Positions 1 through 10,801 of a DNA stretch of 64,000 bases are shown here, piece after piece. This DNA is from Macrostomum lignano. Lineage: Eukaryota. The stretch spans positions 257,684 through 321,683 of the forward strand of contig NIVC01000232.1 in assembly GCA_002269645.1 (NCBI GenBank), in the 5' to 3' direction. The notes beneath the pieces were generated by a model. That model ran no database searches. It was not told where the DNA came from and saw nothing but the letters and a program-made list of their open reading frames with translations. A program made the position numbers and the translations under genes. Numbering within the stretch: the first letter of the stretch is position 1; each line of letters starts with the position of its first letter.

Positions 1-499
1 CAAAATTCTGAATAATAAAAAAAATTGCACAAATAAGCTATTCAAGTATTTTTAACTCCTGAATAAAGACGTCCAACATAAAATATATGAATTGAGCTGA
101 GCTAATATTCTCATGGCTCAAAAAGTAAATTACCGCGTTCCGTTTTGTTTAAATCATTTAAACAAAAGCAGAAACTATTTAAAACTTACTGTATAAAAAT
201 GGTATGCTATATAGTCTGAATGTACACAAAAATTATACGCACAAAAATGAAACTTCATTGTCCTCGTTAATACAGATTTTTCTAAAATATTTCTCTACCC
301 GAACAACTAATATAGATACGTACTCTTTATGGTGTAGAAAATATTTTCCAATAAAAGTATCGATTGTGTGTAGCAGACAACTGGCAAACAGATCGGGACA
401 CACAGGTAAACAGACAACAGATAAAAATCTATTTGAGATATCGCGCAAGTCAGTCAAACTCAAATGACTGATGCAATGTTGCAACTGATAACAAATCTT

Positions 500-2800
500 T
501 CAAAGCCGCATCCCGTTTGCACTCGAAGCCTCACCGATGTCAGCAGCAGCCGCCAAATTGCCCCCACTAGAGGCAATTTCTATCATCGGGGTGCCGGCTG
601 AAAATTTGGGGGGGGATAAATCATGTACATGTACCTACCAACCACACCTGATAATTATAGCTGTTAAGTAATTAGAGCAACCAACCACACCTGATAATTA
701 TAGCTGTTAAGTAATTAGAGCAACCAACCACACCTGATAATTATAGCTGTTAAGTAATTAGAGCAACCAACCACACCTGATAATTATAGCTGTTAAGTAA
801 TTAGAGCAACCAACCACACCTGATAATTATAGCTGTTAAGTAATTAGAGCAACCAACCACACCTGATAATTATAGCTAAATAGTAATTAGAGCTACCAGT
901 CACACCTGATAATTATAGATATTAGTAATTAGATCCACCAGCCAGACCTGATAATTAGAGCTATTAGTAATTAGAGCTACCAGTCACACCTGATAATTAG
1001 AGCTATTAGTAATTAGAGCTACCAGTCACACCTGATAATTAGAGCTATTAGTAATTAGAGCTACCAGTCACACCTGATAATTAGAGCTATTAGTAATTAG
1101 AGCTACCAGTCACACCTGATAATTAGAGCTACTAGTAATTAGAGCTACCAGCCACACCTGATTATTTTAGCTATAGTCACACCTGATAATTAGAGCTTCT
1201 ACCTTACCAAATTCGTTGCAATCATCAAATTTAGCCGCAAGCAGCTCTCCTGTCTCTCGCAGTCTCTCGTATGGATAGGCCGCCTCTCCATGCTCGGCCT
1301 TGTCCAGACCCACACCTTCGTCCAGTTCGGACACTCGATACCAACCGGCCAGTTGCAGGCAGCCGAAAACCGCAAGCGAGAAACCGGTTGACCAAGCAAT
1401 TATGACAACTAGACCAACTAGTTGCCACGCAGAGTTCAACGCAGACAAAAGCCCCGGATTCGCTAGAATGCCGCGCTTGGAGTGGAACAGAGCCACCAGG
1501 AGCAGGCCTACCAGGCCGCCTGAGAAGTGGACGCTCACTGCCTCCACCGGGTCGTCTACTCGAAGGCGAACGACGAGGTTGGAGCAGGCCAGATAAGCAA
1601 CACCGGCTACCACGCCCGTTGCTAGGGCGGCCCACGGCTCTACGGAGTTGCAGCTGGCGCAGATTGACACCATGCCTGCGGCGGCGGTGCGGGGGCGGTT
1701 CTGTCTGGGGCGCTTCTGTCTGGGGCGCTTCTGTCCAGAGCGATTCTGTCCAGGGCGATTCTGTCCAGGGCGATTCTGTCTGGGGCGATTCTGTCTGGGG
1801 CGATATTGTCTGGGGCGATTCTGTCTGGGGCGATTCTGTCTGGGGCGATTCTGTCTGGGGCGATTCTGTCCAGGGCGATTCTGTCCAGGGCAATTCTGTC
1901 TGGGGCGATTCTGTCTGGGGCGATGCTGTCCAGGGCGATTCTGTCTGGGGCGATTCTGTCTGGGGCGATATTGTCTGGGGCGATTCTGTCTGGGGCGATT
2001 CTGTCTGGGGCGATTCTGTCTGGGGCGATTCTGTCCAGGGCAATTCTGTCTGGGGCGATTCTGTCTGGGGCGATGCTGTCCAGGGCGATTCTGTCAGGGG
2101 CGATATTGTCTGAGGCGATTCTGTCTGGGCGATTCTTTTTGGGGCGAATTTGTCTGGAGCGATTCTGTCTGGGGCGATTCTGTCTGGGGCGATTCTGTCT
2201 GGGGCGATTCTGTCTGGGGCGATTCTGTCTGGTGCGATTCTTTCCGAAGCGATTTTGTCCGGGGGAATTCCGTCTGTTGTGATTTTGTCCGAGGTGATTA
2301 TTTTGGGGAGATTCTCGAGTTATTCATGTGACGCAACTATTGGGGTTGATGTTAGTTAAACAAGGCGAATTTTTTTAATTTTTACACTTCGTTAATTTTT
2401 GTCTAATAAATTCCCGGCTGCTTTACTAATAGTAGCTAAAAGTCATCATATAAAATATTTTTTTCGATGACAATTATAACCATAGTAGATGTTTTCTGTT
2501 CTAGAGCAAACGGGAACAGGTAATGGAATTGTGCACTTTTACTGTAGAAAAATGGAGCTACTATACCTAAAGCTGCAGACAATATGGAGGGCAATGGCTT
2601 TTGTGTGGGGTGAGGCATGCAGTTCTGGAAAAGAATGTGTATAGCTGAAGACGGCTTGTATTGCTGCTGGGCCTCTCATCGATCCATGGCTTGATAGACT
2701 GCGAAGAATTTGCTGCCTCCTCAAATACATTAACTAAGGTTGGAATATGAACAGACAGACAGACAGACAGACAGGCAGGCAGACAGGCAGACAGACAGAC

Positions 2801-2899
<99 letters not shown>

Positions 2900-2912
2900 G
2901 AGACAGAAAGCC

Positions 2913-2967
<55 letters not shown>

Positions 2968-2979
2968 GAGACAGAAAGC

Positions 2980-3012
<33 letters not shown>

Positions 3013-4007
3013 CACCAGGCTCAAGAAGCCGCTCACCGGACAGTCCGGCATTGACTGTGCTCAGCAGCGACCACCGGCCAGCCATTATTTTGCTGACGGC
3101 CAGCACAGTCAGGCCGGAGGCGCTGCCGCTCAGCAGGGTGTTCAGCATCGCCAGGGCGAGGACGCGGCCGTCGCCCACCGAGGACACGGACGCGTGCGAG
3201 CCGCCGTTGAAAGCCAGGAAGCCGCAGAACAGGACAAAGCCGCCAGTGGCGACTAGCGGCACCGAGTGACCCGGGATGACCCCGGATGTCGCGGCCACTG
3301 TCGAGGTTGGTTCCGAAGTCGGCGAGTTCGCCGGGAATCGGCCGATGCGCGGACGAAGGATAACGGCGGCCACAAAGGACGCTGAACCTCCAAGTAGGTG
3401 GACAACACCTGAGCCAGCAAAGTCCTGAAAGGGAAAGGCGATGGGGCAGACAATAAGACAGACAGACAGACAGACTAAGAGAGACAGACAGACACACTAA
3501 GAGAAGCAGACAGACACGCTAAGAGAAGCAGACAGACACACTAAGAGAAGCAGACAGACACACTAAGAGAGACAGACAGAAACACTATGAGAGACAGACA
3601 GACACACTAAGAGAGACAGACAGACACACTAAGAGAAACAGACAGACACACAAAGACAGACAGGCAGACACTAAGACAGACAGACAGGCAGACACTAAGA
3701 CAGACAGACAGGCAGACACTAAGACAGACAGACAGGCAGACACTAAGACAGACAGACAGGCAGACACTAAGACAGACAGACAGGCAGACACTAAGACAGA
3801 CAGACAGGCAGACACTAAGACAGACAGACAGGCAGACACTAAGACAGACAGACAGGCAGACACTAAGACAGACAGACAGGCAGACACTAAGACAGACAGA
3901 CAGGCAGACACTAAGACAGACAGACAGGCAGACACTAAGACAGACAGACAGGCAGACACTAAGATAGACAGACAGACACTAAGACAGACAGACACTAAGA
4001 CACTAAA

Positions 4008-4053
<46 letters not shown>

Positions 4054-4054
4054 C

Positions 4055-4085
<31 letters not shown>

Positions 4086-4086
4086 C

Positions 4087-4118
<32 letters not shown>

Positions 4119-4351
4119 CTAAGACAGACAGACAGACAGACACTAAGACAGACAGACAGGCAGACACTAAGACAGACAGACAGGCAGACACTAAGACAGA
4201 CAGACAGACAGACACTAAGACAGACAGACAGGCAGACACTAAGACAGACAGACACTAAGACAGACAGACAGACAGACAGACAGACACTAAGACAGACAGA
4301 CAGACAGACAGACACACAGACAGACAGACAGACAGACAGACACACAGACAC

Positions 4352-4402
<51 letters not shown>

Positions 4403-4549
4403 CTAAGACAGACAGACAGACAGACACTAAGACAGACAGACAGACAGACACTAAGACAGACAGACAGGCAGACACTAAGACAGACAGACAGGCAGACACT
4501 AAGACAGACAGACAGACAGACACTAAGACAGACAGACAGGCAGACACTA

Positions 4550-4614
<65 letters not shown>

Positions 4615-4867
4615 CTAAGACAGACAGACAGACAGACACTAAGACAGACAGACAGACAGACACTAAGACAGAGAGACAGGCAGACACTAAGACAGAGAGA
4701 CAGGCAGACACTAAGACAGACAGACAGACAGACACTAAGACAGACAGACAGACAGACACTAAGACAGACAGACAGACAGACACTAAGACAGACAGACAGG
4801 CAGACACTAAGACAGACAGACAGGCAGACACTAAGACAGACAGACAGACAGACACTAAGACACTAAA

Positions 4868-4902
<35 letters not shown>

Positions 4903-5047
4903 CTAAGACAGACAGACAGGCAGACACTAAGACAGACAGACAGGCAGACACTAAGACAGACAGACAGACAGACACTAAGACAGACAAACAGGCAGACACT
5001 AAGATAGACAGACAGACACTAAGACAGACAGACACTAAGACACTAAA

Positions 5048-5122
<75 letters not shown>

Positions 5123-5141
5123 TACAGACAGACAGACACTA

Positions 5142-5222
<81 letters not shown>

Positions 5223-8200
5223 CACTAAGACAGACAGACAGACGACAGTTTAAACACTTGCCTCAAAGGAGTGCCTCATAGACCTGAATGACACGATAAA
5301 ACAAAGATCAATGGGGTACTTTGGCATGCATACTAAAACTGTAACATCAAGTAAGCCACCAGAAAAGAATCTACACGCAGCGGTTGGACTCACCATAAAC
5401 CGAAGCTGCACCGGAGCGTCCACTCCGACGATAGTGACGTTTTTAGCGGCCAGCCACCCTCTGGGCGACCAGACCCAGTGGCTTACAATCGGGTACACGA
5501 AGCCTGAAAGAAACCCGAACTTTTTATTTCCACTGCTGGCAAAAATGTTCACCTCCCCATTCACAAGAAGTGTGGCGCAACCCTACAGCAGATATGGCGC
5601 CTCTATTCCTGATTGGTGCTTGGCGCCCCTTGGTGCTTGGCGCCCCTTGGTGCTTGGCGCCACTTGGTGCTTGGCGCCCCTTGGTGCTTGGCGCCACTTG
5701 GTGCTTGGCGCCACTTGGTGCTTGGCGCCCCTTGGTGCTTGGCGCCACTTGGTGCTTGGCGCCCCTTGGTGCTTGGCGCCCCTTGGTGCTTGGCGCCCCT
5801 TGGTGCTTGGCGCCCCTTGGTGCTTGGCGCCCCTTGGTGCTTGGCGCCCCTTGGTGCTTGGCGCCCCTTGGTGCTTGGCGCCCCTTGGTGCTTGGCGCCC
5901 CTTGGTGCTTGGCGCCCCTTGGTGCTTGGCGCCCCTTGGTGCTTGGCGCCCCTTGGTGCTTGGCGCCCCTTGGTGCTTGGCGCCCCTTGGTGCTAATTGG
6001 CGCCCCTTGGTGCTAATTGGCGCCCCTTGGTGCTTGGCGCCCCTTGGTGCTAATTGGTACCTCTTGGTGCTTGGCGCCCCTTGGTGCTAATTGGCGCCCC
6101 TTGGTGCTTGGCGCCCCTTGGTGCTAATTGGCGCCCCTTGGTGCTTGGCGCCCCTTGGTGCTTGGCGCCCCTTGGTGCTTGGCGCCCCTTGGTGCTAAAG
6201 CTACATCAACTACGCGCCGAGTACGCGGCATACCGTGTAGCAATTATCGAATTACAGCACCGCTCACCGCTGATAAGCGCAGTGTACACAGTGTAGGCCG
6301 AGAAGGTGCTCCTATCGGCCACGGCTCCGCTCACGATGGAAGCAGCTGTGGCAGCAAACATCGCATTGAACAGGAAATGAGAGTACCGATTGGTGGGAAG
6401 GCCTGATAGGGCCCAGTAACCCGCGCCACAGAACCGGTTGTCCGGCTGTCCGAACGACAACGCGTAGCCGAACAGGTAGTACATGGTGGCGCCCACGACT
6501 GCGTTAGCGGGGTTCAATGATTAAGAAAATATATACTGGAAATCTCTCTGCACCGTCTATTGTACAGCAATCGTATTTAAGTGGCAAATCTCACTACTCT
6601 GAGGTCCGGTCGGTCGAGTTAGTGCTGAAAATCTCTCACCCATTTCTCAGAATACATCTGGAAGTCTCACCCATTGGTCAGATTAATTCTTTATGATCAC
6701 CACTTTATGACACTAATCTGGAAATCTCACCCCTTTATGCCACTATCTGGAAATCTCACCCCTTTATGCCACTATCTGGAAATCTCACCCTTTTTATGAC
6801 ACTATCTGGAAATCTCACCCCTTTATGACACTATCTGGAAATCTCACCCCTTTATGCCACTATCTGGAAATCTCACCCTTTTTATGACACTATCTGGAAA
6901 TCTCACCCCTTTATGACACTATCTGGAAATCTCACCCCTTTATGCCACTATCTGGAAATCTCACCCCTTTATGACACTATCTGGAAATCTCACCCTTTTA
7001 TGACACTATATGGAAATCTCACCCCTTTATGACACTATCTGGAAATCTCACCCTTTTATGACACTATCTGGAAATCTCACCCCTTGATGCCACTATCTGG
7101 AAATCTCACCCCTTTATGACACTATCTGGAAATCTCACCCTTTTATGACACTATCTGGAAATCTCACCCCTTTATAAGACTCTATCTGGAAATCTCACCC
7201 CTTTATGACACTATCTGGAAATCTCACCCCTTTATGCCACTATCTGGAAATCTCACCCTTTTATAAGACTCTATCTGGAAATCTCACCCATTGGTCAATT
7301 AATTCTGGAAATCTCACCTTTCTACAGATTCATTTTGGAAATCTCATTTTTCTAACAAATCATTTTGGAAATCTCACCTTTCTATCAGACTCATTTTGGA
7401 AATCTCACCTTTCTATCAGATTCATTCTGGAAATCTCACCTTTCTATCAGATTCATTTTGGAAATCTCATTTTTCTAACAAATCATTTTGGAAATCTCAC
7501 CTTTCTATCAGACTCATTTTGGAAATCTCACCTTTCTATCAGATTCATTCTGGAAATCTCACCTTTCTATCAGATTCATTTTGGAAATCTCATTTTTCTA
7601 ACAAATCATTTTGGAAATCTCACCTTTCTATCAGACTCATTTTGGAAATCTCACCTTTTTATCAGACTCATTTTGGAAATCTCACCTTTCTATCAGATTC
7701 ATTCTGGAAATCTCACCTTTCTATCAGACTCATTTTGGAAATCTCACCTTTCTATCAGATTAATTCTGGAAATCTCACCTTTCTATCAGATTAATTCTGG
7801 AAATCTCACCTTTCTATCAGATTAATTCTGGAAATCTCACCTTTCTATCAGATTCATTTTGGAAATCTCACCTTTCTATCAGATTAATTCTGGAAATCTC
7901 ACCTTTCTATCAGATTAATTCTGGAAATCTCATTTTTCTATCAGATTTATTTTGGAAATCTCATTTTTCTATCAGATTCATTTTGGAAATCTCATTTTTC
8001 TATCAGATTCATTTTGGAAATCTCATTTTTCTATCAGATTCATTTTGGAAATCTCATTTTTCTATCAGATTAATTCTGGAAATCTCACCTTTCTATCAGA
8101 CTCATTTTGGAAATCTCATTTTTCTATCATATTCATTTTGGAAATCTCACCTTTCTATCAGATTAATTCCAGAAATCTCACTCCTATTTCAAGCGGTACT

Positions 8201-8429
8201 CACAGGAATCCAGCACATTTCTCAGCAGGATGCTGGTCACATTCTTAGCGGGAACAGACCCAGCCTCCAGCAGAGCAAAGCCAACCTGCATGGAGAGAAT
8301 CACAATCGACATCAGGCATAGAAAGACGTCGTTTAGCGACTCCTTCAGAGCGGTCATGTCGGCAGACAATGAGTCGATATCGATCGCGCTTAGCTGAGAA
8401 CTGCAGTTGCATTCCTGCTCGGTTTCCAT
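500..8429 (-). CDS. amt: Ammonium transporter (Amt family), 6 coding exons, ~506 aa
   Basis: Exons assembled by hand with GT-AG ends and consistent phases: 8429-8204, 6498-6268, 5503-5394, 3424-3037, 1675-1208, 597-500 (1521 nt, ending TGA). Amt motifs: [48 protein letters not shown]...[19 protein letters not shown]. Both pore histidines are present. Confidence 0.93.
640..1198. repeat. 43-bp grading to 42-bp minisatellite in Amt intron 5
   Basis: Units gcaaccaaccacacctgataattatagctgttaagtaattaga (43-bp period, 677 to 720), then gctaccagtcacacctgataattagagctattagtaattaga; about 13 units. Confidence 0.95.
1690..2320. repeat. 15-bp minisatellite in Amt intron 4
   Basis: (ttctgtctggggcga)n, about 40 copies, degenerating at the right end. 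Confidence 0.95.
2750..3012. repeat. (GACA)n microsatellite in Amt intron 4
   Basis: Direct reading. Confidence 0.97.
3453..5245. repeat. Complex (GACA)n array with cactaa interruptions and a 24-bp higher-order unit, Amt intron 3
   Basis: gacagacagacaggcagacactaa is repeated over ~3660-3960. The block aagatagacag...gacactaaaacag recurs near 3960 and 5000. Confidence 0.95.
5603..6195. repeat. 17-bp GGCGCC-core minisatellite in Amt intron 2
   Basis: (ttggtgcttggcgcccc)n, about 35 copies. Confidence 0.96.
6717..8180. repeat. Adjacent 29-bp and 31-bp minisatellites sharing ggaaatctcac, Amt intron 1
   Basis: ctggaaatctcacccctttatgacactat (~6717-7290), then ctggaaatctcacctttctatcagattaatt (~7305-8180) with a ~123-bp four-unit higher-order period. 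Confidence 0.95.
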
Positions 8430-8489
8430 GGTAACCGCATCAACCGTCAACAGAATGCCGCCACAAAGTCATAATTTTCCATCCTTTCC

Positions 8490-8497
8490 TTTATATA
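8490..8497 (-). promoter_or_regulatory. Candidate TATA box of Amt
   Basis: TATATAAA on the minus strand, ~60 bp upstream of the ATG at 8429. Confidence 0.55.
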
Positions 8498-8835
8498 GAC
8501 CAGTTCCAGTTTGAACCAGACTACAATTCCATTACACAGATTAGCGTCAAGGAAGTCATCACGAAGAATGCAAAGACTGAGAGTTTTACCCAATCCCAAA
8601 ATCCCAACCCAATTACAAAAGTGTCCGGAGATCGTTAGAACTTAGTTGCATGTCATTGTCACAATAATGGCAAAAATACCAACTCATTTTGTGATTGAGT
8701 TGCTTCTCATTGTTTGTCATATGGCTTTGCTTGTCTAACTTCATCAAATAGCCTCATTATCAGATTGCTTGCTGCAGCCTAAAATAGCAACTGCTGCCGC
8801 CTCAGCAGCTGACACTCTGGGAAATGGTCCAAAGA

Positions 8836-9462
8836 CTGAGGATCTGGGAGGCTAGTCCAGCAACTGAGGATCTGGGAGGCTAGTCCAGCAACTGAGGATC
8901 TGGGAGGCTGGCCCAGCAACTGAGGATCTGGGAGGCTAGTCCAGCAACTGAGGATCTGGGAGGCTAGTCCAGCAACTGAGAATCTGGGAGGCTAGCCCAG
9001 CAACTGAGAATCTGGGAGGCTGGCCCAGCAACTGAGGATCTGGGAGGCTGGCCCAGCAACTGAGGATCTGGGAGGCTGGCTCAGCATCTGAGGATCTGTA
9101 AGGCTGGCCCAGCAACTGAAGATCTGGGAGGCTGGCCCAGCAACTGAGGATCTGGGAGGCTGGCCCAGCAACTGAGGATCTGGGAGGCTGGCCCAGCAAC
9201 TGAAGATCTGGGAGGCTGGCCCAGCAACTGAGGATCTGGAAGGCTGGCCCAGCAACTGAGGATCTGGGAGGCTGGCCCAGCAACTGAGGATCTGGGAGGC
9301 TGGCCCAGCAAATGAAGATCTGGGAGGCTGGCCCAGCAACTGAGGATCTGGGAGGCTGGCCCAGCAACTGAAGATCTGGGAGGCTGGCCCAGCAACTGAC
9401 ACTCTGGGAGGCTGGCCCAGCAACTGAGCACTGGGAGGCTGGCCCAGCAACTGAGGATCTGG
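8836..9462. repeat. 28-bp minisatellite upstream of Amt
   Basis: (aggatctgggaggctggcccagcaactg)n, about 22 copies. Confidence 0.95.
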
Positions 9463-10801
9463 GCGGATGGTGACCTAATTACGAAAGCTGCGAAATTAGG
9501 AAAAAACCAACAAATAAAGTTTATTTCAAGTATTTAGATGATAACAATAGGTGACAGAAAGAACAGATCGTTCTTAGAGCATAGAAATATATAAACATTG
9601 ATATTTGTAAACTACTCGTAGTTGTTGACAGCAAGGGCAAGATTTGATGTAAACAATAAATAATATTGCTCACACTATGCTACTGAACGAACTAACAAAT
9701 GTGACAACCAGAAAATATGTTCTCAATGGTAACCGTTAATTAAAAGAGAAAAGAAAAAGTGTATATACGTAAAAAAGTGAACATTCGATCGCTAAGCCTC
9801 TAGAATGAACGGAAAAAATCACAAAGAATTACAAGCAGAGTCTAGCAGCACAGAGTACTACTAATAACAGATTATGAAAAGTTATATATGAAAATTAGGC
9901 ACTTCGCGGACAAGTGAGTGAAACTTGGTAAAAAAAGACGTTGATAGATATAATTCACTACTGAAACTAGTATACCAACTTGTAATAAAATATAAATATT
10001 GAAATCACTAAGCGCAAATGAAACAAAAACTCAACTAAAACATCTTTTTACCAAGGCTTACTCAAAGTAGAAGGACGCGGGAAACCTCGTCTCTTGGAAA
10101 ATTTTAAGAGGCTACTCCTCCTACGGAGGTTAGATGTTATTATTTTTTGACACAAAAACCGTTTATAGCTTTCGATAGAAGGCTGACCCAATGTTTATCT
10201 TATAATATTTTTCATCTTTGGTTTTTGTTCAGAAAATTAGAATTCAAGGAATCAAGGAATTAGGATTTAAGTGTGCTGGGCCTCCAACACACTTATTGTC
10301 TAATAACAATATTGATTCAAGTAACAGAGACAAGGAATCCTATTTTCAAAAAGGTTTTAATAAAATCCTTTGGAATTTTATTAAAACATGACAGAATAAA
10401 ACAATCAAAATCTATCAAATGTGTTAAACAATATGTTGATTTACTGTAGAGTTGATATACGAATATTATATATAATATTGGCCAATCAATTGGACAGGTT
10501 TTACTTGACTCTGAGAGTACTTTAGGAACTCTTTTCTAACAAAATTTATCAATTTATAAGATAGCGCAGCTGAATATTTAAGATGAGTAACAAAACAGTT
10601 CATCGATGCACTGAATCTGAGCCAATGCTGAAAATATAATGAATTTTAGCATGAATATATAAGCATCAGAGACCAAAAAAAAGTTTCAAAAGTTATATAA
10701 ATAAATTTAAAAGTAAACACACTTTTAACCGAAATTCATCAGATCAGTTTTCGTTTCTCAACCTCGAAAATAAAGCCATTTGTTTTGTTCGTTTCTCGTG
10801 T

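Noticed and set aside
2730-5223. SVCL/DRQT-repeat ORFs
   Set aside because: Translations of intronic (GACA)n.
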